In this document: piece by piece, positions 28,169 to 38,583 of the stretch
Numbering within the stretch: the stretch's first letter is position 1
Layout: each line of letters begins with the position of its first letter
Origin: Acidobacteriota bacterium
Lineage (GTDB): Bacteria; Acidobacteriota; UBA890; WLXD01
Assembly: GCA_963666215.2 (NCBI GenBank)
Contig: CAXWPL010000004.1
Span: 96,001 to 160,000 of the forward strand
Length of the DNA: 64,000 nucleotides
Reading direction: 5' to 3'
The notes under the pieces: generated by a model
What the model saw: only the letters and a program-made list of their open reading frames with translations
What the model was told of the DNA's origin: nothing
Databases searched by the model: none
Made by a program: the position numbers and the translations under genes

Positions 28169-29884
28169 GTGAGAACACTGGCTCCGAAGTGGATCCTGGC
28201 GATCGTCGTAACGCCGTCGCTGGCGCTCGCCGCGCAGCAGCCGACGCCGCGATTCGTCGCGGTCGAGTCGCAGGCTGGACTGTCATTCGTTCACGATCAC
28301 GGCGGCACCGGCCGGTTCTTCGTCTGGGAGAGTGTTGGGCCCGGCGTGACCGTTCTGGACTACGACACCGACGGTCGGCCCGACGTGTACGCGCCCCAGG
28401 GCGCCCCCCTAGAGCAGGGCGGCCCCAAGCCCCGGCCGCCCGTCAACATGCTATTCCGTAACCTCGGCGGTCGTTTCACAGCGCCGATCGAGCTGGCGGG
28501 ATATCGCGATCGCGCGGCGGCGGTGGCTGGCGATTCCGGCTACGGGATGGGCGCGGCCGCAGGCGACTTCGACGGCGACGGCCACACAGACCTGTACCTG
28601 ACGAACTGGGGAGCCAACGTGCTGCTCCGAAACAACGGCGACGGGACCTTCGACGACGTCACCGCGCGGACTGGCGTGGGCGACGAAAGCTGGTCGACGG
28701 CGGCTGTCTGGATCGACATCGACGCAGACGCCGACCTCGACCTCTACGTCACCAACTACCTCGACGCCACGCTCGACAACCATCTGACCTGCCGCTATGG
28801 CACCGAGGCCGTGGAGTCGTACTGCGGGCCAGCGGTCTTCGACGGTGTCGCCGACCGTTTGTATCGCAACGAGGCCGACGGAACCTTCGCCGATATCAGC
28901 CTGGCCGCCGGCATTGCCAATGCTGAGGACGGCAAGGGAATGGCAGCCGCGGCCATCGACGAGGACGGCGACGGCTACATCGACCTGTACGTTGCCAACG
29001 ACACCCGCGCCAATTTCTTGTATCGCAACAATCGCAACGGTGGCTTCGAGGATGTGGGCATGTTCTCGGGCACGAGCATGAGCGGCGACGGTCGCCCGCA
29101 AGCGGGAATGGGGATCGTGTGGGACGACCTCGACGGCGACGGCGACCCCGACCTGACGGTCACCAACTTCCAGGACGACTACAACGTCCTGTACCGCAAC
29201 GAGGGGGGCTTCTACTTCGACGATTCCGCCGCCGCCGGCCTCCGTGGCCCGAGCCTCGCGTATGTCGGCTTCGGGCTCGTCGGCTTCGATCCCGACCTCG
29301 ACGGCGACCGCGATCTGTTCGTGGCCAACGGCCACATCTACGACGTTCGCGAGCACTACGACTCCCGCCTCAGCTACGCGCAGCAGAACCAGCTGTTCTT
29401 GAATGGGGGCGCCGGCGTGTTCGTCGACGCGTCGGAGGCTGCCGGCCTCGGGCACACGGCTCCCGGTGTGTCGCGCGGCGCCGTGGCGGCCGACCTCGAC
29501 GGCGACGGCGATGAAGATCTGCTGATAGCCAACAACGCCGGCGAGCTGCAGCTGCTGGCCAACGGCGCGTGGGCGGCAGACTCCGTGGCGGAGCGGCGCT
29601 CGATTCACATCCGTCTGGTCGGGCGCAACGTGGTGCGGGAGGGCTACGGCGCTACCGTCACGTGCCGAGTGGCAGGTCGTTCGTCAACCCACCGGATCAT
29701 CTCGGGAGGATCGTTCATGTCACAGGGCGATCCGACCGTGCTCTGCGGTCTCGGCGACGCGCTCGAGGCGAGCGTCCAAGTGCGTTGGCCCCGTGGAGGG
29801 CAGGATCTGGTGGCCGGAATCGAAGCAGGCGAGACCGTGGTCATCACGGAGGGGCGCGGCGTTACCGCCCGCCGATCGCGATGA
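28169..29884 (+). CDS. CRTAC1-family FG-GAP/ASPIC-UnbV protein
   Basis: Repeated DxDGDGxxDLYVxN motifs, AGMG, SRGAVAADLDGDGDEDL, C-terminal GGSFMSQ..GLG..VRWP. Confidence 0.88.
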   Translation: MRTLAPKWILAIVVTPSLALAAQQPTPRFVAVESQAGLSFVHDHGGTGRFFVWESVGPGVTVLDYDTDGRPDVYAPQGAPLEQGGPKPRPPVNMLFRNLGGRFTAPIELAGYRDRAAAVAGDSGYGMGAAAGDFDGDGHTDLYLTNWGANVLLRNNGDGTFDDVTARTGVGDESWSTAAVWIDIDADADLDLYVTNYLDATLDNHLTCRYGTEAVESYCGPAVFDGVADRLYRNEADGTFADISLAAGIANAEDGKGMAAAAIDEDGDGYIDLYVANDTRANFLYRNNRNGGFEDVGMFSGTSMSGDGRPQAGMGIVWDDLDGDGDPDLTVTNFQDDYNVLYRNEGGFYFDDSAAAGLRGPSLAYVGFGLVGFDPDLDGDRDLFVANGHIYDVREHYDSRLSYAQQNQLFLNGGAGVFVDASEAAGLGHTAPGVSRGAVAADLDGDGDEDLLIANNAGELQLLANGAWAADSVAERRSIHIRLVGRNVVREGYGATVTCRVAGRSSTHRIISGGSFMSQGDPTVLCGLGDALEASVQVRWPRGGQDLVAGIEAGETVVITEGRGVTARRSR

Positions 29885-31767
29885 AGATGCGCGGCGCCCG
29901 GGGGCCCGTGCCAATGGCGCGGGGGGCCATTCTGGTGGCTGGCATCGAGCTATTCCTGCCGGTGCTGCTGCCTGCCACCGCGGTTGGCATCACTGCGGCG
30001 CCTGCCCGGTCGGTCGAGCCGCCGCGAGCCGCGGCCCCAATCGGCGGCACCAGGGTTCCTCACCGGACAGCCGAACGCGCCTCGAATCCGGCAGGCCAGG
30101 ACGACCGCCTGCCGACGGCTGTCAACGCGCTCATGGGTGGCAATCCAGCCGCCGCCCTGGCGCAGCTCGACCGGATCCTTGCCGATTCACCGGAACTGGC
30201 GGCCGCCCACTTCTATCGTGGGATGGCGTTGCTCGAGCTGGGTCGCGCGGCGCAGGCTGCCGTTGCACTCTCGCTTGCCACCACGCTCGCCCCGGATGCC
30301 GATGAAGCGTGGGCCTACCTGGGAAGCGCTCGTAGGCTCGCGGGGGACCCCGAAGCGGCGCTTTCCGACCTGAGGATCGCCGCCGATCGGCTCGACGACA
30401 ACCCCGGGCTCTTGGCATCCGTCTATCACGAGCGTGGGCTAGCGCTGATCGCCCTCGACGACATGGACGAAGCGCTGGCGGCCCTTCGGCGCGCAGTCGA
30501 GCTGGCACCCGAGCGCCTGAGCATCCAGTTCGATCTGGCGGTGGCGAGCCTGCGCACCGGCAATGTCTCCGACGCCCGATCGCGATTGTGGCGCATCACC
30601 ACCATGGCTCCCGATTTCGTCGACGCGCCACTGACGCTCGCCCGGCTCGACTACGAACAGGGGCGCTCCGAGGAGGTCGTGCGTCTACTGGGTCCGTTGG
30701 CCCTTCGAGCCCCCGCCCGCGGCGACCTCCAGTACGTCCTCGGCATCGCCTATCGTCAGCTCGAACAGCTGGCCTTGGCGCAGGCGGCGCTGGAGCGCGC
30801 TCTCGAGTTGGGCCACGACGTGCCCGCGGTGCGCTACCACCTGTCGGCGGTTCTGCACGCGGTCGGCGAGCTCGAAGACGCCAAGCATCACCTTCGGCAA
30901 GCGGTGACCCAGGACCCGTCTTTCTTCGAGGCCTACCTGGCACTCGGGCGAGTCGAGGTCGATCTCGGACACCTGAACGAGGCGCTGATGGCTCTGACAG
31001 CGGCGAGCCAGCTGTCTCCGGCGAGCGCCGAAGCACGGGCTGCGCTCGGCGATGCACAGCTTCAAACAGGGCGCATCGATGACGCGATCGTCAGCCTCCA
31101 ACGGGCTCTGGAGATCGATCCCGGTGACCGCCGGGCTCTGTACGCGCTGGCCCAGGCGTTGCGACGGCGCCGGACCGAAGGCGACGCAGCCGAGGCCCGA
31201 CGTCTGCTCGAGCGCCACCGCGAGTTGGAACTGGCGGAAGTGCATCGGATCGAGGCCGTGGCGCGCGGCCAAACCGATCTGATACTGGGGCACGATACTC
31301 TCGACAGAGGACAGCTCACGGAGGCCCGAGAGGCCTTTCAGCGGGCCTTGGCGGCCGACCCCGGGCTCGTGCGCGTTCGCTACTTGCTGGCCTTTCTGGG
31401 CTCACAGCTGGGCGAACCGGGGCCGGCGGTCACGGAGTTGCGGGCTCTGGTCGAAGGCGACCCCGCGTCGGCGGATGCCCGCTTCTATCTCGGCCGAGCG
31501 CTCGAGGCCGTTCCCGACGATGCAGCGGCCGAAATCGCCTACCGGGGCGCCCTCGAGCTCGAATATAGCCGGCCCGACGTCCGGCTCGAGCTCGGCCGCC
31601 TGCTGTTGCGCTCGGAGCGACCTCGCGAGGCCCTCGAGGTGCTGGAGCCTGCGCTAGCGGTCGCGCCCAACTTGCAGCCGCTGCGCGACGCCGTCGAGCA
31701 GGCCCGCGATGCGCTCGAGCGCGTCCAGGGTCAGCGGGGCTCGGGAATCGGCTCGCGCGTCCAGTAA
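29881..31767 (+). CDS. Tetratricopeptide-repeat protein
   Basis: Many A..LG....G..A...L..AL..P repeats; ATGA-coupled to the CRTAC1 gene. Confidence 0.85.
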   Translation: MKMRGARGPVPMARGAILVAGIELFLPVLLPATAVGITAAPARSVEPPRAAAPIGGTRVPHRTAERASNPAGQDDRLPTAVNALMGGNPAAALAQLDRILADSPELAAAHFYRGMALLELGRAAQAAVALSLATTLAPDADEAWAYLGSARRLAGDPEAALSDLRIAADRLDDNPGLLASVYHERGLALIALDDMDEALAALRRAVELAPERLSIQFDLAVASLRTGNVSDARSRLWRITTMAPDFVDAPLTLARLDYEQGRSEEVVRLLGPLALRAPARGDLQYVLGIAYRQLEQLALAQAALERALELGHDVPAVRYHLSAVLHAVGELEDAKHHLRQAVTQDPSFFEAYLALGRVEVDLGHLNEALMALTAASQLSPASAEARAALGDAQLQTGRIDDAIVSLQRALEIDPGDRRALYALAQALRRRRTEGDAAEARRLLERHRELELAEVHRIEAVARGQTDLILGHDTLDRGQLTEAREAFQRALAADPGLVRVRYLLAFLGSQLGEPGPAVTELRALVEGDPASADARFYLGRALEAVPDDAAAEIAYRGALELEYSRPDVRLELGRLLLRSERPREALEVLEPALAVAPNLQPLRDAVEQARDALERVQGQRGSGIGSRVQ

Positions 31768-33500
31768 CCCTCGACCTCGTCGCTCAGCCCGGTCAGCTCC
31801 CAACGGATCAACGAAGTGGGAATCCGACCGGCGGCAAGGTATTCGTCGTGAAACTCACCGAGGTTGAACTCGGCGTCGCCGAGCTGCCTGTATCTGTCCG
31901 CGACAAGCTTGCTGATCTCGAGACCGCCGATCAGGTAGCTGAGTCCGTAGCCCGGCGGACGACGCAGGTAGATCTCGGCGTCGACCCGAGCGACATTGGC
32001 GTCGAGGAACGGGACGCGATCGACCATGTAGGTGGTTGCCTCGGCGACAGTAAACTGGTTGAGGTGCATGTTGACCTCGGCCGCAACGCGAACGGTCCTC
32101 TTGATTCCGAAGATGTAGTAGAGCTCGCGGGTACGCGGACGCTCGTCGAGCAGTCCGTTCTGCAGGAATGTCTCCTCCAGGTAGTAGGCCCAGCCCTCCA
32201 CACGGCCACCCTCGGCGTAGGTGCTGCGAATCGGATGATCCTGCTGGGCCGCAACCAGGCCGTCGAAACGGTGCCCGGGAATGACCGCGTGTACATGGTC
32301 AGGGCGCGGGTCTCGAAACTGGATCTCTTCCCAGAAGTTGCGACCACCCGGCCGTTCGATCCACGGCACGTTGGTGTCGAGCTCGCCGACAAACTCGGGG
32401 ATCGTCAGCATGTTCTTGTCGCGGATGAAGGCGCGCACATGCTCGTCGGCGTCTCGGATGCGCTGCTGGTAGTCCTCGGCCGAGCCGGCGGGCTCGATCT
32501 CCGGGAGGTCGGCGTTGCGGTTGCGCTCGAACGCGAGAAACGCGGTAAGACGCTCGTACTCGCGCTTTGCCAGGCGCGCGACGTCGACGTTGTCGTAGGG
32601 CATGAACTTGACGTGCCTCAGGTACCAGTCGAAGTTCGCGCGCCCGACGCCGGCCGCCGCGGTCCAGCTGTCGCGGTTGTCGGACAGCCAGCGATGAAAC
32701 GCCTCCACAGAGCGCTGCGCCGCTTCCACGTCAGCAACCACTTCCGGCTGCTGCCGGAGCGCCCTGCCGAGCAGGTCGTCGTACCAACCGAGCACTCCCG
32801 CGGGCGGCGTCGCGCGGTACGGGTGCCCGTGGCCAACACCGTCCGCGGTCTCCAGGTTGCGGATCGCCAGGGCCGCGTAGTCGGCAGCTGGGCCGGTGAG
32901 GTGCTCACGAGCGCGTTCCAGGAGCCCCGGCACGGCCGCCAGTCGCGTCCGAAGGCGCTCCAGCGCCTCTCCCTCGACGGGCAGCTCGGCGAAGGTGATC
33001 TGCATCAGGCGGTCGACGTAGAAGCCCGGATCGCGGGCCCAGGGCCGGGATACGCGGTGCAGGAACTCCTCGCGATCGAGCATGCTGCGAACCACCAGGT
33101 AGTCGACGTGGCGAGGAACCGGCCAGTCGGCCGGGCCGATCTCGCCCAGCCGCCGTTGCAGCCCTGAAATCCCCTCGAGCCGTCGCCGCATCGCCTCGGG
33201 CGACCAGTCGGCACCACCGCTCGGAGCCGTTTGGAGCTCCTGAAACTGCGCGAATAGCGCCAGCAAGTCGTCGTAGTTGCCGCCGGCAGCCACCGAGGAG
33301 GCGGCGGCGACGCGGGGTGCAGCGACCAGGTCTTCGTCGCCCACCGACGGGCCACACGCGGCGGCTAGCGCGAACGCGGCGGCAAGAATGTACGGCGGGC
33401 GCAACCTGCGAGGCCTCACCCGAGCTCGGCCGCAACGCGGAGCCACGGCGCCGCCCTTGGTCGTCGGACATCTCGATTCTTTCTCCTCGGCGATGCTCAT
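31731..33500 (-). CDS. DUF885-family lipoprotein
   Basis: LAAAC lipobox, H..IPGH, EGWAYYLE, SYLIG, FHDEYL..G.IP; start uncertain. Confidence 0.8.
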   Translation of the reverse strand: MSIAEEKESRCPTTKGGAVAPRCGRARVRPRRLRPPYILAAAFALAAACGPSVGDEDLVAAPRVAAASSVAAGGNYDDLLALFAQFQELQTAPSGGADWSPEAMRRRLEGISGLQRRLGEIGPADWPVPRHVDYLVVRSMLDREEFLHRVSRPWARDPGFYVDRLMQITFAELPVEGEALERLRTRLAAVPGLLERAREHLTGPAADYAALAIRNLETADGVGHGHPYRATPPAGVLGWYDDLLGRALRQQPEVVADVEAAQRSVEAFHRWLSDNRDSWTAAAGVGRANFDWYLRHVKFMPYDNVDVARLAKREYERLTAFLAFERNRNADLPEIEPAGSAEDYQQRIRDADEHVRAFIRDKNMLTIPEFVGELDTNVPWIERPGGRNFWEEIQFRDPRPDHVHAVIPGHRFDGLVAAQQDHPIRSTYAEGGRVEGWAYYLEETFLQNGLLDERPRTRELYYIFGIKRTVRVAAEVNMHLNQFTVAEATTYMVDRVPFLDANVARVDAEIYLRRPPGYGLSYLIGGLEISKLVADRYRQLGDAEFNLGEFHDEYLAAGRIPTSLIRWELTGLSDEVEGYWTREPIPEPR

Positions 33501-34381
33501 CGAGAGCGCAGGCCGCAGATCTCGGCGACGCGCTCCATCTTGGCGCGCAAGATCGACAGGTCGCGATCGACCTCCTTGATCGGCGTATCGACGATCAGGT
33601 GGTGCACACCGAGCTCCACATGGCGGGCGTGCGTCTCGGGCGTGACGTCGTAGGTGTCCCCTGGCCTCGCGACAATGGTCAGGGACTCGAACTCCCGGCC
33701 TGTCTGCTCGCAGTGTCCCCGCAGGCTGTCGAGACCCGCCTCGAGCGCCGTCAGCGAGATCTGTGTCGGATGCCAGCCGTCGCCAACTCGGGCAACGCGA
33801 CGCAGCGCGTGCTCGCTGTGGCCACCCCAGACGATCGGGATACGCTCCTGCGCCGGCCGCGGGTGCATGCGGCTCGGTGGCACACGATAGGACTTTCCCT
33901 CGAAAGCCACGGTTCGCCCCGTCCAAAAGCGGCGCATTAGATCGATCATCTCCTCGGTGCGCCTCCCACGACCCGTATAGGACTGGCCGATGGCCTCGAA
34001 CTCCTCTTCCATCCAGCCCACGCCGATCCCCAGCACCAGACGGCCGCCCGTCAGAAAGTCGAGCGTCGAGAGCTGCTTGGCGAGCAGCACCGGATGGCGC
34101 AAGGGCGCAACAAGAATCGAAGTGCCGATCTTGAGCCCGGGGCAAGCGGCGGCGGCCCAGCACAGCGACAGCAGGGGATCGAGCCACTTGGTGTCGGCCG
34201 GGTAATCCCAGCGGCCGTGCGAGCGGTACGGATAGTGCGCGTCGACGCGCTCTGGCAGCACCACGTGGTCGGTGAGCCAGATCGAGTGATAGCCCAGCTC
34301 GTCGGCCAGCCGCGCAACCGCGACGATGTTCTCAGGACTGGCCTTCGGGCCGGCATTCGGAACGATCACTCCGACTTCCAT
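33497..34381 (-). CDS. LLM-class, probably F420-dependent, oxidoreductase
   Basis: SIWLTDHVV, LRHPVLLAKQLSTLD.L.GGRL.LGIGVGW.EEEF, GDGW. Confidence 0.88.
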   Translation of the reverse strand: MEVGVIVPNAGPKASPENIVAVARLADELGYHSIWLTDHVVLPERVDAHYPYRSHGRWDYPADTKWLDPLLSLCWAAAACPGLKIGTSILVAPLRHPVLLAKQLSTLDFLTGGRLVLGIGVGWMEEEFEAIGQSYTGRGRRTEEMIDLMRRFWTGRTVAFEGKSYRVPPSRMHPRPAQERIPIVWGGHSEHALRRVARVGDGWHPTQISLTALEAGLDSLRGHCEQTGREFESLTIVARPGDTYDVTPETHARHVELGVHHLIVDTPIKEVDRDLSILRAKMERVAEICGLRSR

Positions 34382-34432
34382 CGGTCTCTCCTGCCGGCGC
34401 GCTTTGCGGCTGACGGGCTCCGTCAACTCAGC

Positions 34433-35770
34433 TCACAGCGCCGCGCTTGTCACGCCGGGCAACGGCCTTTCGGCGTCGACACCCAGCCACAACAGGCCCG
34501 CGATCAGCGCCACGACGCCGCACGAATCCAGTGCCGTGACCCAGCCGAACCGGGCCACGAGAATCGGCATGAGGGCGGTGGACACTACACCCCCGAGGTT
34601 GTTGGCGGTATTGATGATGCCGGTGACAAAGCCCGTCCGCGGGCCGCCTATGTCCATGGCGGTCGACCAGATCGTCCCCTCCGCGAACTCGGCCAAGCCG
34701 AAGCTCAGCGCCAACGCCGCCACCGCCAGGTAAGGCCTACCGGTACGGGCGCCCAGAATTAACAGTGCGGCGCCGAGCACGGGGCCGGCCATCGCCGGCA
34801 GCCGGCGACCCCAACGACGACCGAGACGAACCGTGCCCCGATCGCTCGCCAATCCGCCCAGCGGTGACAGCGCAGCGGCCGCGATGAACGGCAGGGCGGC
34901 AACGAAGCCACCCTCGACGATGCCAAACTCTCGCACCTCCACCAGATAGATGTAAAACCAGAACACGAAGACATACAGCACGTATCCGGTCAGAAAGTAG
35001 CTGATCGAAAGGAGCACCAGCGACCGGCTGGACAGAACATGCCGCCAGCTCAAGCGTGTCGGGCTGCCACGCGCCTGGAGATCCCGGTCCTCGGTGGCCG
35101 CCGGGAGCGTCCCGCGGATCAGCGCCAGCTCCGCCGCGTCGACCCCTGGGTGATCTTCCGGTACCGACGCGCCGCGCAGGGTCCAGAGGACGGCGATCGC
35201 AACGCTGAGCAAGGAGGCAACGTAGAACGACTGCCGCCAGCCGATCGTGGCCATCAGCCAGGCAATGATCGGGGGGGTGACGGCGGAGCCCACGAAGACC
35301 CCCGTGACCACGAACGAGTACGAGAAGGCGCGCTTCGCCACCGGCTGCCACGCCGCGACGGTGCGCGCCGCCATCGGGTAAACAGCGGCGATGCTGCAGC
35401 CCAGAAGGAAGCGGATCACCAAGAGCGTGGCGAACGACGCGCCGGCGGCCATCCCGAATCTACCGGGCAGGTAGCCGGTCAGGAACGTGAGGGCGGCCCA
35501 CGACCAGCCGATCGCCGCCAGCACGACGTACGATCCGACCTTGTCGCCGAACATCCCCATGGGAATCTGCAGCAGCGCGTATCCGAGCAGGAAGGCGCTG
35601 AACACCTGGCCCATCTGGATCTGGGTCAGCGCCAGCTGCGGCATCATGAGCTCGGCCGCGACCGAGATGTTCATGCGCTCGACGTAGCTGACCACGCTGA
35701 AGCCGACGAGCAGGGCGACGATCTCCCAGCGCACGCGGCCCGGCAGCCAGCGCCGCCTCAACGCCTCCAT
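34433..35770 (-). CDS. MFS transporter (anion:cation symporter-like)
   Basis: SYVERMNISVA, SAFLLGYALLQIP, GIINTANNLGG; about 12 hydrophobic segments. Confidence 0.88.
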   Translation of the reverse strand: MEALRRRWLPGRVRWEIVALLVGFSVVSYVERMNISVAAELMMPQLALTQIQMGQVFSAFLLGYALLQIPMGMFGDKVGSYVVLAAIGWSWAALTFLTGYLPGRFGMAAGASFATLLVIRFLLGCSIAAVYPMAARTVAAWQPVAKRAFSYSFVVTGVFVGSAVTPPIIAWLMATIGWRQSFYVASLLSVAIAVLWTLRGASVPEDHPGVDAAELALIRGTLPAATEDRDLQARGSPTRLSWRHVLSSRSLVLLSISYFLTGYVLYVFVFWFYIYLVEVREFGIVEGGFVAALPFIAAAALSPLGGLASDRGTVRLGRRWGRRLPAMAGPVLGAALLILGARTGRPYLAVAALALSFGLAEFAEGTIWSTAMDIGGPRTGFVTGIINTANNLGGVVSTALMPILVARFGWVTALDSCGVVALIAGLLWLGVDAERPLPGVTSAAL

Positions 35771-37602
35771 TCGGGTCGGAACTCCGTCTCCAGCTCGCCC
35801 ATCATCTCGTCGCGAACCAGTTCGACCGGCAAGAAGCCGATGCGGTAGACGCGATCGTGGAAGTCCTTCAGCGTCCCCTTCTGGTCGAGCTCACGCATCT
35901 TGTTGAAGTAGTCCTGGCGCAGCAGCATCCACTGGAAGTAGCCAACCGTGGGGGCCGCAGTGCCGGTGCCACCGCCGGCGATCCCATCGATGTTGATCTC
36001 CGCACCACGGCGAACGAAGCCGGTGCGGTTCGACTCCACATCGACGGCCTCCTCCCAGGTCATGCGGCCAGTGTGCAGCCCCGAGTCGATGATCACGCGC
36101 CCCATGCGCCACAGCTTGAGCCGCAGGATCTCGAGCTCGTAGCGGTCCTGCAGCTCGGGCGGGAAGAAACCGTACTCCGGCCTCGGGGTCAGCTCCCACT
36201 CGATGTAGTAACACCAGGCCTGGTTGGAGTAGCTCGACTCGTATCGCCGTAGCGGTCGCTCGTTGCGGTTCTGGTACAGCCGCATCAAGTGGTGCCCAGG
36301 ATAGGCCTCGTGCGGTCCGATCGCGTAGAAGAAGCTCCAGTCCTTCTCCGTCAGGTTCTCCTCGGCAACGTCCGGGGCCCACTCCGGCTGGATGGGGATG
36401 ATGGGCCAAGCCATTTTCTTCGACATGTTCCCGGCGGGCAGGTAGCCGGGGCCGAAGCCCCACCACTGCGACGACGACATGCTGGGATCCGACGCCACCA
36501 TGAGCTGGTCGTCGTCGTCCCACGGAATCGAGACCAGATCGTTGGCAATCGTCCACTCGCGTGTCCTGCGCGAGAGCACGATTCCCTCGTAGACCAGCTG
36601 CTCGTTGAACGGGTGCAGGCTCTTGGTCTCGCGGATGATCTCGAGCCAGGTCTTGGTCGGATCCATCGACGCCGCCTTGGCCTCGAGGTGATGCTCGGCG
36701 ATCTCGTACTGTTTCCAGCCCCAGTCGTGGTAGTCGGGGACGCGCGTGAAGCCCCTCTCACCAGCGCTGATCTGCTCGAGCTCCCGATCGGCAGCGGGAA
36801 ACTGGTGGCGGTTCTCGTGGAGATAGTTGTAGAGGTCGGCGCCGATCTTGAAATCGCCCTCGGGACGCTCGGTCCACTCGTCGTTCACGAAGACGCGGAA
36901 GTCCCGCAGCGCCTCGATCGTCGACTCCGCCTCGGCCAGTAGCTCCTGCCCGATCGCCGGATCGAGCCGCGCCGCGAAGTCCGGCACATGCTCCTGCATG
37001 ACGATAATCGTGCCGTCGATACGGGCGTTGGAGTAGAGAAGCCAGTTGGGGATGTACTCGGTCAGGTTCTCACGGCCCTGCTCGAGTCCTGCACGCAACC
37101 CCTGCAGGTCCCGGATCAGTCCGCGGCCGCGGTCGTCTGGGTGGCGCGGATCGGCCTGTATCTTGAAGATCATGCCGTTGGTGAACAGGTACCGGCGGGG
37201 GTCCTGGCGCCAGCGCTGGACCTCCTGCCCCTCGCGGATATTGGCCTTGAGGATGCCCTCCAGGAAGCGGAAGTCGGTTTCCTGTTCGAGCGTGAGCGAC
37301 GCCCTGTCGATCTGCTCGAGATCGCCGAGCAGACGCTGCTGGGTTTCGATGCGACGCTGAAAGCTCTCGGCGCTCATGCCGCCGGGGACGCTGCAGCCCA
37401 CACCCCGTACCTCGCAGAGGTAGCGATCGACGAGGGCCTCGAAATCGGCCGCCAAGACCACCGGCCTCGACGCCACGGGTCCACGTTCCGCCACCGCCGG
37501 TCCGCCGTCGGCCACGGATACGACCATCAAGACACAAAGTGGCACGAGAGCCACGGCGAGCCTGTTGCCGAGACGCTGGAATCGACTGCTTCCTGTTCGC
37601 AT
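35758..37602 (-). CDS. DUF885-family secreted protein
   Basis: Signal peptide, HEAYPGHH, LWRMGRVIIDSGLH, FHDRV. Confidence 0.8.
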   Translation of the reverse strand: MRTGSSRFQRLGNRLAVALVPLCVLMVVSVADGGPAVAERGPVASRPVVLAADFEALVDRYLCEVRGVGCSVPGGMSAESFQRRIETQQRLLGDLEQIDRASLTLEQETDFRFLEGILKANIREGQEVQRWRQDPRRYLFTNGMIFKIQADPRHPDDRGRGLIRDLQGLRAGLEQGRENLTEYIPNWLLYSNARIDGTIIVMQEHVPDFAARLDPAIGQELLAEAESTIEALRDFRVFVNDEWTERPEGDFKIGADLYNYLHENRHQFPAADRELEQISAGERGFTRVPDYHDWGWKQYEIAEHHLEAKAASMDPTKTWLEIIRETKSLHPFNEQLVYEGIVLSRRTREWTIANDLVSIPWDDDDQLMVASDPSMSSSQWWGFGPGYLPAGNMSKKMAWPIIPIQPEWAPDVAEENLTEKDWSFFYAIGPHEAYPGHHLMRLYQNRNERPLRRYESSYSNQAWCYYIEWELTPRPEYGFFPPELQDRYELEILRLKLWRMGRVIIDSGLHTGRMTWEEAVDVESNRTGFVRRGAEINIDGIAGGGTGTAAPTVGYFQWMLLRQDYFNKMRELDQKGTLKDFHDRVYRIGFLPVELVRDEMMGELETEFRPEWRR

Positions 37603-37714
37603 GGATCCTGCTCCTTTCGGGTCGCCCGCCCATGTCGTTGTCGGGCTGGCGCCATCGCGTGGGCATGGACGTCGCCGCGTGCTATTCCGCGAGCGGAGCA
37701 CACGGCAGTGTCGT

Positions 37715-37743
37715 TTTCTACTTACCGGTCAGATGAAAGTCAA
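37715..37743 (-). promoter_or_regulatory. Sigma70-like promoter TTGACT-17-TAGAAA containing operator 5
   Basis: Operator TTCTACTTACCGGTCAGA at 37716-37733. Confidence 0.7.
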
Positions 37744-37919
37744 CCTGGCGCCGGCCAGGGCCTCGCCGCCCGTGAACCTCGACGGGCTCTGAATCGCGAC
37801 TCCAACAATCACCGAGAACGACGCTGAAACCGCCTCTCGCCCGTCCAGCAACCCAGGAGAGACCATCCTGACGCCCGCCGTAGGCAGGCGCGGCCGACTT
37901 CACGGAAGAAACTGACACT

Positions 37920-37937
37920 ACTAACTGGCAGGTAAAG
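37920..37937. promoter_or_regulatory. Putative operator 6
   Basis: ACTAACTGGCAGGTAAAG, downstream of a CTGACA -35-like hexamer. Confidence 0.6.
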
Positions 37938-38015
37938 ATAGTAGTTTCTTGCACCGGATCTTGAAACCTGCGGAGACTTCTCGGTGGCGGCGCTCCCCAA
38001 ACTGAAGCAGGAGCC

Positions 38016-38567
38016 GTGATGAGGACTTGTAACGAGCCACTTCGTCGGGTCGCAGCGATGCGCTCGGTGTTGCTGCTGGCGTTGCTGATGCCGGTTGCGT
38101 GCGCGACCGGGGATCCACCCGACGATGTAGGGGCCGTTGAGGAACCCGGCGCTGACGAGCCTGTCGCCGGAGGCTCACCCGATCAAGCCGGGGAGACCCT
38201 CGCCTTTCGCACTCAGCACATGACGGCGCTGACCGACCGCCGCGACATCGAGCGCATCATGAGCCACTTCACCGACGACGCGGCCTACGTGCCTCCGGGG
38301 GGCGAGGCCGTGGTCGGACGCGATGCGATCCGCGCCTATCTCAGCGACTTCTTCTCTGGCGGCCTATTCGGCGTCCGCTTCGACAACCACATGGCGCGCG
38401 CAGACGGCGACCTGGCGGTGCTGCGCGATACCTACGACATGGTGATCGTTCCTCACTCGGGCGGCGTTCAGACGCAGCACTCGGGCGAGGACGTCTGGGT
38501 GCTACGCCGGGTCGACAACGAATGGAAGATCGCTCTCGTCATCTGGACGGAACACACACCCGACTGA
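38016..38567 (+). CDS. NTF2/SnoaL-like (DUF4440) lipoprotein
   Basis: Hydrophobic leader ending in VAC; FTDDA...P.G..VVGRDAIR, GDLA, VLRR....WKI. Confidence 0.78.
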   Translation: MMRTCNEPLRRVAAMRSVLLLALLMPVACATGDPPDDVGAVEEPGADEPVAGGSPDQAGETLAFRTQHMTALTDRRDIERIMSHFTDDAAYVPPGGEAVVGRDAIRAYLSDFFSGGLFGVRFDNHMARADGDLAVLRDTYDMVIVPHSGGVQTQHSGEDVWVLRRVDNEWKIALVIWTEHTPD

Positions 38568-38583
38568 GAACGCTGGCTCGCGG

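Noticed and set aside
28169-29884. Enediyne cluster (UnbV domain)
   Set aside because: No PKSE or thioesterase; ASPIC/UnbV proteins are widespread outside such clusters.
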